From Nanobdellota archaeon (GTDB lineage Archaea; Nanobdellota; Nanobdellia; Pacearchaeales; GW2011-AR1), in assembly GCA_038045705.1 (NCBI GenBank), contig JBBSXO010000003.1:32001-96000 (forward strand): a stretch of DNA of 64,000 bases. Reading direction: 5' to 3'. The notes under the pieces are model-generated. The model was not told the DNA's origin. It did not search any database and worked only from the letters and a program-made list of their open reading frames with translations. Made by a program: the position numbers and the translations under genes. Below, piece by piece: positions 54,853 through 64,000 of the stretch (position 1 is its first letter; each line of letters begins with the position of its first letter).

Positions 54853-55869
54853 CTAAAACAAACTCATCTGCCCTTTCTTAGAATGAAGCTCACGAAGTTT
54901 AACAAGCTGATTCTCAACTCTCTCAGCAGAGAACTCATGCCTTTCAACAAGTATCTCCTTAATCTTATTTTCATCAAATTTGGGAAATACAACTTTGTGC
55001 TTTGAAACATTCGGTTTCTTAAAAATTTCAAATATCTCTCTCCAGTTAAATCCTAAATCTCCATGTCTCTCAATAACTTCTTCAAAAATAGAGACAGGAT
55101 GTATCTTCTGTTTAACTAATGCAAGTGCCTTTTTAGGACCTATTCCCTTAACACCTCCAGGATTAAAGTCAGTTCCAACTAAAATAGCTAAACAAATAAG
55201 CTGATCCCCTGTAATTCCAAGTTGATTAATTACATTTTCAAATTCAATCATTTCAGGAGCAATATAAACAAAGCCAGAAACAGTCTTTCTCTTACGAGAT
55301 AAAGTCAAATTTTGAATTAATCTTGTTCCTCCAACAACTAAAGCATCATAATCTTGAGAAGCAACAGCATAAGCATATCCATTTTTTACAAGTTCAGAGG
55401 CTTGCATTTCTCCCTCTCCAGGAGCTTGATAAACTGAGACACCCATCGCTTCAAGTAATTCTTTACTTTCAGCAATCATTTTATCATCAAGTCTTGAAAA
55501 ACCACGAGCATATTTCGACATTCCTTCTACATCTTCTTCTTCGACAGCAGATTCATATTTTTCAGTAGCCAAATCTTTAGCAATTTGTCTAATTTCATGA
55601 GTTTTTCCTTTGAGAATATGATATTCACCATCAAAAACATAAATAAGATTAAGACCTTCAACAAGCAATGCTATATTTCTATAAAACAATCCAGATAAAT
55701 GACTAGTAACATTTCCAAGTGAATCCATTAAAGGTGTTCCATCAGGTTGCCTAACACTAGACAGAAACTGATAAATTGCATTGAAAGCATCTACTGCAAT
55801 AGTCTTACCCTTCAAATCTTTAAAAGCTACTTCCTTTCGAGAAACTAAATTACCAATTTGTAAACCCAT
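54853..55869 (-). CDS. fen: Flap endonuclease 1
   Basis: DAFNAIYQFLS, TSHLSGLFYR, APGEGEMQA, SQDYD, GTDFNPGG..GIGPK, PIP GQMSLF. Confidence 0.97.
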   Translation of the reverse strand: MGLQIGNLVSRKEVAFKDLKGKTIAVDAFNAIYQFLSSVRQPDGTPLMDSLGNVTSHLSGLFYRNIALLVEGLNLIYVFDGEYHILKGKTHEIRQIAKDLATEKYESAVEEEDVEGMSKYARGFSRLDDKMIAESKELLEAMGVSVYQAPGEGEMQASELVKNGYAYAVASQDYDALVVGGTRLIQNLTLSRKRKTVSGFVYIAPEMIEFENVINQLGITGDQLICLAILVGTDFNPGGVKGIGPKKALALVKQKIHPVSIFEEVIERHGDLGFNWREIFEIFKKPNVSKHKVVFPKFDENKIKEILVERHEFSAERVENQLVKLRELHSKKGQMSLF

Positions 55870-55917
55870 AAAATAGCTTAATACAATGAGTTAATAAAAA
55901 TTAAGGTACTTCATAAT

Positions 55918-56301
55918 TTAGTCTGAAGCATATCCTCTTGTTTGATTTTCCTGATGATAATCTATAACATGTTTTCTAACTAGACAATACAAACGAATAC
56001 ATTCTTTATCAGAACTGCGAGGAGGAATTTTAAAAGGCATACTTTCAATTTGGGAAAGTCTACTTCTAGCCAGACTACCTGTAACTTCAGTATCTCCAAA
56101 ACCTAAAACAGCTTGAACCACATATTCATTAGGATCATCAAATGCAAATTCACTATAATCCTCTAAACGATTTAAAGAACGAACCACTTTCATAGTCTTT
56201 CTCTTAACTCTCCTAGAAAGTCCGTTACCCGGATCTTCGGTAAAATTTTCACCAAAAGCTTCTCTATCTAACAGATTTAATCCTATTTCCTTTCTTTTCA
56301 T
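55918..56301 (-). CDS. Hypothetical protein
   Basis: Probable start ATG 56301 (MKRKEIGL). Confidence 0.55.
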   Translation of the reverse strand: MKRKEIGLNLLDREAFGENFTEDPGNGLSRRVKRKTMKVVRSLNRLEDYSEFAFDDPNEYVVQAVLGFGDTEVTGSLARSRLSQIESMPFKIPPRSSDKECIRLYCLVRKHVIDYHQENQTRGYASD

Positions 56302-56356
56302 CAAATATCCAATAAGTTTAGTTTTATAAATTTTACTATAAAGTAATAACATCAAT

Positions 56357-56605
56357 CTATGTTCTAGGACGAAGAAAATCATTTTTAATCTTCTCTCGAG
56401 TTTCTAAAAGAAAAGTCAAAAGATCTTCCTGAGTCATTCTATTCAAACCATCATAATTTCCAGTGTAACCAGCGTCTCTAATTCTTTCAATTTGTTTAAT
56501 AATATCCCTTTTACGAAAATGCCCATCATCGTCTTTATCAAGTTCTCCAAAAGCTAATCTATAAACTGTTCTCAAATAAGTATTGTTATTAATACGACTC
56601 ATCAA
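56357..56605 (-). CDS. Hypothetical protein
   Basis: 82-aa ORF. Confidence 0.55.
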   Translation of the reverse strand: MMSRINNNTYLRTVYRLAFGELDKDDDGHFRKRDIIKQIERIRDAGYTGNYDGLNRMTQEDLLTFLLETREKIKNDFLRPRT

Positions 56606-56691
56606 TAAATTTACAAATCATCTCTTTTAAACAATACCATTATATTAAGATCCAACGATTAGATTAAAAACCTCTTATATTTAAGAAAATA

Positions 56692-59010
56692 ATGAAAGCT
56701 CACATAGTAAGCATATCATCAACAAATAGGGATGATAAAACTTATATACAGATTTTTGGACGTCTAGAAAATCAAAAGTCATTTGCAACAATAATTCCAT
56801 TCACACCTTATTTCTACATAAGAGAACAAGATTTATCAAAAGCAAAAAATGTTCTAGAAAAAGCAAAAGTCGAAGAAACAAAGCTAGTAAATAAAGAAAA
56901 AGAAAAAGTTGTCAAAATCAGCCATGAAAACAAAACTGAACTAACCAAAATAGTAAAAGCAATTCATCAAAAAGAATTAAACACTTATGAGTCAGATTTA
57001 AGCCCAACTTTAAGATATTTAATAGATAATGATATTTACAGCACAATAGAAATCACTGGAGAAACAGAGCCTTCTGAAAAAGTAGATGTAATCTTTAAAG
57101 ACACAAAAATCCAACCATCAAAGGCAAATATACCTTTAAAAGTAATATCCTTAGATATAGAAACCAACAAGAAAAATGGAGATTTATTTTGTATAGGTCT
57201 TTATAGTCATGAATACGAAAAAAGTTTTATATTAAGTAATGAACAAGTAAAAAATGCAATAATTTGCAAAACAGAAGAAGAAGTATTGAGAAAATTCAAG
57301 TCAGAGATAGAAAGATTTGATCCAGACATAATCACTGGATGGCATGTAATTGATTTTGATTTAAACTATTTAAAAAAGAAGTTTGAAGAACATAACATTT
57401 CATTTGATTTAGGAAGAACAAATGAAAATGCAAGAATAAAAATAGAAAGCAATTTTTTCAGGAGTTCAACAATAAACATTCCAGGAAGACAGGTTCTAGA
57501 TGGTTTAAACCTAATAAAAGACCCATTCATTAAAGAGGCACCTTCTATAAAAAATAAAGAATTTGAATCCTATACATTAGAAGACGTTTCTCAAGCAATG
57601 CTTGGAGAAGGAAAACTCATAAGTGGAAAAGATAGACATGATGAAATAAATATATTATATGAAAAAGACAAAGAAAAACTAGTAAAATACAATATTCAAG
57701 ATTGTAAATTAGCTTATAATATTCTAACAAAAACAAAAATACTTGATTTAGCAATTGAAAGAACTATGCTTACAGGACTCCCTTTAAACAAACTAACTGG
57801 ATCCATCATTGCTTTTGATTCATTGTATCTTAGAGAAGCAAGAAAAAGAGGGTTTGTTTCGCCGACCCTACACTATACAAAAAAAGAAGAGAGAATAAAG
57901 GGAGGTTATGTAATGGAACCAAAACCTGGAATTTACGAAAATGTAATAGTTTTGGACTTCAAATCTCTATATCCTTCGATAATTAAGACTTTTAACATAG
58001 ACCCCATATCAATGTTAGAAAAAAAAGAAAAAAATTCCATAGAATCACCAAACAAAGCTTATTTTAAAAATGAAAATGGAATCTTGCCAGATATAATTGA
58101 AAAGTTACATAATGAAAGAGAGAGAGCAAAAAAAGAGTCAAGAGAATTATCAAGTTATGCAATAAAAATAATAATGAATTCTTTTTTTGGAGTTTTAGCA
58201 TCTCCTAACTGCAGATATTTCAGTTTAAATATGGCAAATGCAATAACTCATTTTGGTCAAGAAATAATAAGACTAACTGCAAAAAAGATAGAAGAAAAAG
58301 GTTTAGATATAATATATTCAGATACCGATTCGATTTTTGTGAGATTAAAATCTAAAAAATATCAAGTAGAAACAGGTGATATAATTCAAAAGTACATAAA
58401 TGATTTTTATAATAATTATATAAAAGAAAAATATGATAGAAAATCATATCTTGAACTAGAATTCAAAAAATATTACAAAGCATTTATGCTTCCAAAAGTC
58501 AGAAATGCTAAAATTGAAACAGGTTCCAAAAAAAGGTATGCTGGACTTGTAGAGACAAATGGAAAAGAATCCTTAGAAGTAGTTGGTCTAGAAGCAATAA
58601 GAGGAGACTGGACCGAAGCGGCAAAAGACTTTCAACTTGAGCTACTAAATAAAATATTCCATAAAGAAGATCCAATACAATTTATAAAAGAATATATTAA
58701 AAAGATAAATCAAGGAAAAATAGACTCAAAGTTAATTTATAGAAAATCTATAAGAAAAAATCTAGACCAATATACCAAAACAACACCCCCACACGTTAAA
58801 GCAGCGAGACTTTTAGATAGTATGGAGTCAAACATAGTTGAGTATTATATAACTGAAAATGGTCCAGAACCAATACAAAAACTTAAACATAAAATAGACT
58901 ATGAACATTATATAGAAAAACAAATAACTCCTATTGCAAACACTATCCTGCATTTCTTCAATACATCAGTCGAAAATATAACTAATTTAAAACAAAAAAA
59001 ACTATTTTAA
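56692..59010 (+). CDS. polB: Family B DNA polymerase (Pol II-like)
   Basis: SLDIET, GWHVIDFD, YNIQD, LDFKSLYPSII, KIIMNSFFG, YSDTDS, SKKRYAG; C-terminal QKKLF. Confidence 0.95.
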   Translation: MKAHIVSISSTNRDDKTYIQIFGRLENQKSFATIIPFTPYFYIREQDLSKAKNVLEKAKVEETKLVNKEKEKVVKISHENKTELTKIVKAIHQKELNTYESDLSPTLRYLIDNDIYSTIEITGETEPSEKVDVIFKDTKIQPSKANIPLKVISLDIETNKKNGDLFCIGLYSHEYEKSFILSNEQVKNAIICKTEEEVLRKFKSEIERFDPDIITGWHVIDFDLNYLKKKFEEHNISFDLGRTNENARIKIESNFFRSSTINIPGRQVLDGLNLIKDPFIKEAPSIKNKEFESYTLEDVSQAMLGEGKLISGKDRHDEINILYEKDKEKLVKYNIQDCKLAYNILTKTKILDLAIERTMLTGLPLNKLTGSIIAFDSLYLREARKRGFVSPTLHYTKKEERIKGGYVMEPKPGIYENVIVLDFKSLYPSIIKTFNIDPISMLEKKEKNSIESPNKAYFKNENGILPDIIEKLHNERERAKKESRELSSYAIKIIMNSFFGVLASPNCRYFSLNMANAITHFGQEIIRLTAKKIEEKGLDIIYSDTDSIFVRLKSKKYQVETGDIIQKYINDFYNNYIKEKYDRKSYLELEFKKYYKAFMLPKVRNAKIETGSKKRYAGLVETNGKESLEVVGLEAIRGDWTEAAKDFQLELLNKIFHKEDPIQFIKEYIKKINQGKIDSKLIYRKSIRKNLDQYTKTTPPHVKAARLLDSMESNIVEYYITENGPEPIQKLKHKIDYEHYIEKQITPIANTILHFFNTSVENITNLKQKKLF

Positions 59011-59014
59011 ATTG

Positions 59015-61003
59015 CTATCTAAGGTTGCTAATCAATCCAGATTTAGAAACAGGAATTTTAGACAGGACATTAGGTGATGTTAATTTATTAGAAAGTTTCT
59101 TATCATGAATAGTCCTTAATATCAGGATTAAAAGAATTAAGATCATGATAGAAATAACTGAAATAAGCAACCAATAGACTATATTTTTTAGAGAAGTATT
59201 AGAACTCGATTGGTCTCCGCCTATTTGTATTCCCCCAGTAGTTCCAGAAGTAGAATTAAATGAATTATTAGAACCAGTGGATCCTCCCGTCGATCCAGAA
59301 GAGCTTCCACTGCTAGAACCACTACCCGAACCAGATCCACTTCCAGAACTAGAACCTGAACCCGTAGTTGACCCAGTAGTATTAACAACTCTAAAGTTCA
59401 CAAAGCCAGTTATCCTAGTTCCATTAGAGAAATTAGCATATGCAATAAATGTATAATTTCCTAAAGCAAGCTGACTTTGAGAATAAGTAAAGTCTAAATT
59501 ATTTGTGGTGTTCATTGTAGTATTAGTACTTCCATTATTCAAACTGAATTTAACGCTCCCATTTACACTAAGATCCACATCAAATGTAACAGGAAATGAA
59601 GTTCCATAAGAATATTGATCATTACTATCTGGTTCATTAATAGTCATAGTTTGAGATGATTGTTGAGGTTGTGTTTGAACAGTCAGATTGCCAAATGTAT
59701 AATTAGTCCATCCAGTAACATTAAACATAATAGTCCCATTACTAAAATTAATAATACTACAAATATTTGAAAGACAAGGAACACCATCACGATAAATAGT
59801 TTGGTTAGTAATATTAATCGGTAAACCGGAAAAAGTAATCAAGGCAGACCTATTTAATCCAGGGTTTAAATTAGATTTAATCTCGGCATAATTAGGATTA
59901 ACTCTTATATGATCGCTCAAATTACTTCCAGAAGTGGATAACAGATTATTAAAGTTTATTTTAGTAAAGTTATTGATATCAGTATAAATTAAATGGGTAT
60001 TATTGAATCTATAAGAACCAATTGAGCTATTTTTTATTATAATAATATCATTTGTATATGTCGGAAAGTAAGGATCATTAAACTCTAAATCATAATATAT
60101 TTGACTACCATTAATAACATTTAATTGATTAATCTCAAAAAGACCTGTAACAAAGCCAATTATACCATTTTGATGAGGATTTATTATATCTGTCTTTGTA
60201 ATATAATTAGATTCACCTCCAACGGAGAATATTCCCACATAAATAGGTTCTAAAAATGAACTATTTTCAATTGTGTTCTGGCTCGAATACCATAGTGTCA
60301 ATGAATAATTAGTCAATTCAATAAAATTACGATTAAGATAATTATTCTGACTAGAAAGCAAATAAATTCCTTTAGAATTCAAAGAACTAGGATTTACAAT
60401 TGAATTTTCAACGACTACAGTATAATTAGAATTATCAAGATATATTCCATAAAGAGAATTAAATATTGAGTTACTAACGATCACACTATTCAAACTATTC
60501 TTCAAATTTATAGCGCTTTCAATAACATTAGAAATATAATTACCGTTTATTATAACTTGATTTCCAGTAGATATAATGGCATTACGAAGAATAGATTGAG
60601 AAGTACCACTTATGTTAAATCCAGTAACTGTAACACCTAGTCCAGTAATATTAATAGCATTAAAAACCAATCCATTTTCACCAATTATATTATTTAAATT
60701 CCCATTTACAAGAATATTAGTACCATTTATGAGAAGACAAGCTCCAAAAGTGTTTTGAGCAAATGAAGTTGTACTAAGGGTCTGATTAACAAAATAATAA
60801 GCATTGTTTTGACTCAAAACACCACAAGAGCTAACGTTTATCGCATTTACTGGAAAAGGCTGTAAAAGTAAATCTTGGTATTCTATTCTAAAAAGTAAAA
60901 CTAAAATCAAAAGAGAAACCATGCAAATAACAAGCATAGGCAAACTGTAGTACAAAGGTACTCTTGATAAAAAGTATTTTTTTTGAATCATAAAATTAGT
61001 CAA
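59015..61003 (-). CDS. Surface protein with right-handed beta-helix (NosD/CASH-like), Ig domain, G/S linker and C-terminal TM
   Basis: GIYL..S.N..I..N repeats; GSGSSSGSGS linker; TM near C-terminus. Confidence 0.8.
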   Translation of the reverse strand: MTNFMIQKKYFLSRVPLYYSLPMLVICMVSLLILVLLFRIEYQDLLLQPFPVNAINVSSCGVLSQNNAYYFVNQTLSTTSFAQNTFGACLLINGTNILVNGNLNNIIGENGLVFNAINITGLGVTVTGFNISGTSQSILRNAIISTGNQVIINGNYISNVIESAINLKNSLNSVIVSNSIFNSLYGIYLDNSNYTVVVENSIVNPSSLNSKGIYLLSSQNNYLNRNFIELTNYSLTLWYSSQNTIENSSFLEPIYVGIFSVGGESNYITKTDIINPHQNGIIGFVTGLFEINQLNVINGSQIYYDLEFNDPYFPTYTNDIIIIKNSSIGSYRFNNTHLIYTDINNFTKINFNNLLSTSGSNLSDHIRVNPNYAEIKSNLNPGLNRSALITFSGLPINITNQTIYRDGVPCLSNICSIINFSNGTIMFNVTGWTNYTFGNLTVQTQPQQSSQTMTINEPDSNDQYSYGTSFPVTFDVDLSVNGSVKFSLNNGSTNTTMNTTNNLDFTYSQSQLALGNYTFIAYANFSNGTRITGFVNFRVVNTTGSTTGSGSSSGSGSGSGSGSSSGSSSGSTGGSTGSNNSFNSTSGTTGGIQIGGDQSSSNTSLKNIVYWLLISVISIMILILLILILRTIHDKKLSNKLTSPNVLSKIPVSKSGLISNLR

Positions 61004-61115
61004 TCCTCACTTTATGCAAAAAGCAATTCAATTTATAAACATTGTCGGCGCAGTTCGGCGCTTCGCGCCTCACCCTCACAGAGACAATTTTTTTAGTATA
61101 TCAAAAAGCAAAAAA

Positions 61116-61748
61116 TCAAATTTCAAGAATCACACCTTCTCTTCCAACATTAAAGACTCTTGTCTTTCCAATTTTATCTTCCATCCCAAAAGTCTCATGG
61201 ATATGCCCATGCAAAAGCAAATCAGGCTTAAATTTTTTTACTGCCTTTGTAATCGAATCGCTTCCCTTAAAACCAGTTGCCTCTGAAATTCCACCAGAGG
61301 GATGCATGTGAGTAAGCATAACTTTTTTTTCAATCCCTTTAAGTCCTGAATGAGCCTTCTCTAATGTATTAAGTAATTCACGTTCAGAAATTCCAGATCT
61401 AGGACCAAGAGCAGTTGAAGCACTTCCAGCACCAAAAAACCCGACCCCTCCATAAACTGCACTATATCCATGAATATTAGTAACCCCATAAAGTTGAGCA
61501 AGAAAATCAGTTGTTGCAAATGAATCCCAGTTTCCAGGTAACAACAAAACTTTTTGGTTCTTATCTTTAAATGGCTTAATTAAGTCCTTACTCTCTCCAA
61601 ATCCAGTCAAATCTCCACATAAAACAACTAAATCTACATTTTCTTTTTCAGCGCGCAAAGCTAATTTTTTAGTAAGTCTACTATCTCCATGTAAATCAGA
61701 TGCAGCAAGTATCTTTATCTTCTTATTCACAAAAGACAATAAATTCAA
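61116..61748 (-). CDS. Calcineurin-like metallophosphoesterase
   Basis: SDLHG, CGDL, PGNWD, THMHP, HGHIHE. Confidence 0.9.
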   Translation of the reverse strand: MNLLSFVNKKIKILAASDLHGDSRLTKKLALRAEKENVDLVVLCGDLTGFGESKDLIKPFKDKNQKVLLLPGNWDSFATTDFLAQLYGVTNIHGYSAVYGGVGFFGAGSASTALGPRSGISERELLNTLEKAHSGLKGIEKKVMLTHMHPSGGISEATGFKGSDSITKAVKKFKPDLLLHGHIHETFGMEDKIGKTRVFNVGREGVILEI

Positions 61749-61887
61749 TAGAATATAAAATCTCCTAAGTAAGGTTCCTTAAAAAAAGTGAAACGTAATA
61801 ACTACTAAATAAGATAACAATCTAGCAGAAAGACTTAAAAGCGATATACTGGTTGGAATATAGAGGTTGTAAAAGATATATCATAAA

Positions 61888-62169
61888 ATGACACAAAAAC
61901 CAAAAGATAGTTTTGACGTTTTCTTCAGAAGAAAACCAGCCCTAATGCTAGTTTCACTTAAAAAATTAACAAGAGCAAGATATGGTTCTATTTTAGCTAA
62001 AGAAGTTGATTGTACATATAGCCATGCAGTTAAAATTTTACAGATGTTAGAAAAGCTAGAATTAGTTGTATTTGAAAAGAAAGGAAGAATAAAATTAATC
62101 AAATTAACGAAGAGAGGAGAAGAAGTGGCAAATAGCATAGATAATATTAAGAGAATAATTTCTGATTAA
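61888..62169 (+). CDS. Winged-helix (MarR-like) DNA-binding protein
   Basis: ILAKEVDCTYSHAVKIL...KKGRIKLIKLTKRG. Confidence 0.85.
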   Translation: MTQKPKDSFDVFFRRKPALMLVSLKKLTRARYGSILAKEVDCTYSHAVKILQMLEKLELVVFEKKGRIKLIKLTKRGEEVANSIDNIKRIISD

Positions 62170-62242
62170 TCTTGTCAAAAATCAATCTGTATTATATTTT
62201 AAATCCAAACAAATTACGAAGGAGTTCTTACTGGATACAAAA

Positions 62243-62318
62243 TGGCCCCGAGGGGATTTGAACCCCCGACACCCGGCTTAAAAGGCCGGTGCTCTAAACC
62301 AGGCTGAGCTACGAGGCC
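62243..62318 (-). tRNA. tRNA-Lys(UUU)
   Basis: GGCCTCG/CGGGGCC, CCGGC-CT-TTT-AA-GCCGG, GTTCAAATC. Confidence 0.95.
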
Positions 62319-62402
62319 GTAGCTTTTCATACTCCACGGCGAGAAAGTCCGCAGGTCTTAAGCCGAGGAACTTCGCAACAAGAGAGGATGAAAATCTCTG
62401 AT
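62319..62402 (-). ncRNA. Candidate structured RNA / long 5' leader of tRNA-Lys
   Basis: GC-rich; TTTTCAT/ATGAAAA, GCGA/TCGC, AGTTCC/GGACT stems; TATA ~62422-62427. Confidence 0.4.
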
Positions 62403-62538
62403 TTCCAAAACAAAAGACGATTTTTAAACGTTAGCAATATCAAAAAATTGATGCACCACAAACTAAAGTGTGTGTTTTTAATTGGTGCTAGATTTTTGGA
62501 TGCTCACGATGTCAAGAGACATTGAGACACAAAAAGAA

Positions 62539-62859
62539 TTATCTGTAAACTCTCCAAGTATGCTCACATTTTACACACTTGTAAAATTTAGTCTCTGGTT
62601 CATCAGAAGAACGTGTCTGCATTGTCCAAAAGTAAGCTTCTTTATATTTACAAGAAGGACATTTGATCTCAACAACAGGATAAGTATTCAAATCAGCCTC
62701 ATTAACAACAGCAACTCTTTCAGGCACAGCCATTTTCTCAGAAGCCTGTAACTTCAGTTTTCCCTTGTGACGATAGCCACATTTAGCGCAAGAAGGAGCT
62801 TTATCGCCTTCAATAAGCAATATTCCCCCGCATTTTGAACAAAATTCCATAACACTCAA
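62539..62859 (-). CDS. tfs: Transcription factor S (TFS)
   Basis: FCSKCG..CAKCG and CPSC...QTRSSDEPETKFYKCVKCEHTWR. Confidence 0.95.
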   Translation of the reverse strand: MSVMEFCSKCGGILLIEGDKAPSCAKCGYRHKGKLKLQASEKMAVPERVAVVNEADLNTYPVVEIKCPSCKYKEAYFWTMQTRSSDEPETKFYKCVKCEHTWRVYR

Positions 62860-62991
62860 AAGTTAAGATTGGATAGGTTAAAAGTATATTAATGTTTCGG
62901 TTTCTAAAAGATTAATAGATTAAAGCACATTGTAAAGATTATTGCACCCCTATCTCGAGCATTACTTATTTCTTTAACAACTTCTTCTACC

Positions 62992-63564
62992 TTATTTACA
63001 GAACCCTCTCTGATCACTTGGTCTTGCAGCTTCAAAGAAAATTAGTTTTATCCATCCTAAACCAGGAACTCTGCCAATAGCCTTTCCAACAAATTGATCT
63101 TGTTCTATACTTAACTCTCCAGGTAACTGCGCAAAATTATTATCTCCTTTAGTGTCATAAGGATCCACTCTTACAATTCTATGAATCAAAGGATACCTAT
63201 ATTGTGAGTTAAATATTAAAATATCTCCCTTATCATAGCTTCCACGACCAGAAACTAGAACAATATCTCCCTTGTTTAATCCACTTTTAAATTTCAGATT
63301 ACTAAAATCCTCTTTAGTTATTCCGTGCTCTTCATACCAGATTCCATTTCTTAACCACCAAGATTCAAAATCATCTTGATGATACATAGAACAACTTTCA
63401 ACAACTACAAGTGGCAATGGTGTAGCGAAAGTCCAACTAAGAAATGGGAAAAAAATAAATTTTATCAAAATAAAAGCAAGAACTAAAGAAACTATCCAAG
63501 ACTGCCAAGTATCTTTTTTAAGAAAGACCCAAAACTTTTTAAGACTACTAAAAATCTTATTCAC
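62992..63564 (-). CDS. Signal peptidase I (archaeal S26/Sec11-like)
   Basis: PLVVVESCSMYH, KGDIV, LIHRIV, TKGDNN. Confidence 0.9.
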   Translation of the reverse strand: MNKIFSSLKKFWVFLKKDTWQSWIVSLVLAFILIKFIFFPFLSWTFATPLPLVVVESCSMYHQDDFESWWLRNGIWYEEHGITKEDFSNLKFKSGLNKGDIVLVSGRGSYDKGDILIFNSQYRYPLIHRIVRVDPYDTKGDNNFAQLPGELSIEQDQFVGKAIGRVPGLGWIKLIFFEAARPSDQRGFCK

Positions 63565-63665
63565 GAAAGATAAAACAATCTCATATTTAAAAATCTATTT
63601 TACTTCAAAGATCATACAAATATTTAAATAGTATATCCCTATTAGGATATACATAAAAGATACAC

Positions 63666-64000
63666 ATGATAGATATATTTGACAACACAATACTTTGCAG
63701 GAAATGCGATAGAAAAATGGAAAAAACTATTGTAACTAAAAACGGATTAGAGCTTAGAGCAGTAGTATGTAAAAATTGTAAAGATCAAATAATTCACCCA
63801 GCAGACTTAAACAGTATGCAAAATTTTAACAGCTTAAAAGATAAGACTTACAATGTTAAGCTAAGAGTTATAGGAAATAGTCATGCAATAAGTATTCCCA
63901 AAGAAATAGTAGAATTTATACAACATCAAAAAAATCTTGAATTTGGTTTTCTAGATGCTAGAAGCGTTTCTAAAGAAGATAGTTTTAAAACACTTCAAAA
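63666..64000 (+). CDS. Zn-ribbon + AbrB-domain protein (partial)
   Basis: Manual translation MIDIFDNTILCRKCDRKM...VCKNC...HPAD...KLRVIGNSHAISIPKEI; runs off window end. Confidence 0.75.
   Translation, partial: MIDIFDNTILCRKCDRKMEKTIVTKNGLELRAVVCKNCKDQIIHPADLNSMQNFNSLKDKTYNVKLRVIGNSHAISIPKEIVEFIQHQKNLEFGFLDARSVSKEDSFKTLQ

Noticed and set aside
59275-59380. Low-complexity repeat-like DNA
   Set aside because: Simply encodes the Gly/Ser linker of the beta-helix surface protein
62341-62351. GAGAAAGTCC resembling the RNase P RNA GAGGAAAGUCC motif
   Set aside because: Region is under 100 nt, has no downstream P4 partner and runs opposite to the apparent promoter
62243-62402. Split or permuted tRNA
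   Set aside because: tRNA-Lys is complete and contiguous; no complementary half or BHB junction found in the window

Overview
AT-rich, gene-dense chromosomal segment of a small-genome archaeon, most consistent with DPANN (Pacearchaeota/Woesearchaeota-like; inferred from gene content and style). Core genes include rpo7-spt4-eS24-eS31, scpA, hisS, pyrH, rpp30, pheS/pheT, rfcS/rfcL, fen1, a family B polymerase, tfs, trm5, ychF, sod, signal peptidase I and an eL41/eS32 gene missing from the ORF track. There are eight tRNA genes: Ile-UAU, Glu-UUC, His-GUG, Trp-CCA, Thr-GGU, Glu-CUC, Gln-CUG and Lys-UUU, four of them with BHB introns of 15-100 nt. Accessory content: a cell-surface operon with a 1983-aa adhesin, a membrane-anchored Ig-like protein and small pilin/WxL-like subunits; three tRNA-anchored mini-islands bounded by short direct repeats; at least five toxin-antitoxin-like pairs; a tandem array of paralogous multi-pass membrane proteins; a protein resembling a bacterial outer-membrane beta-barrel; and a DisA-like diadenylate cyclase. 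There is also a ~105-bp structured repeat in two copies 19.4 kb apart and several candidate structured ncRNAs. No CRISPR array, rRNA or intact transposase/integrase was seen. All family assignments come from manual motif recognition, not database searches.
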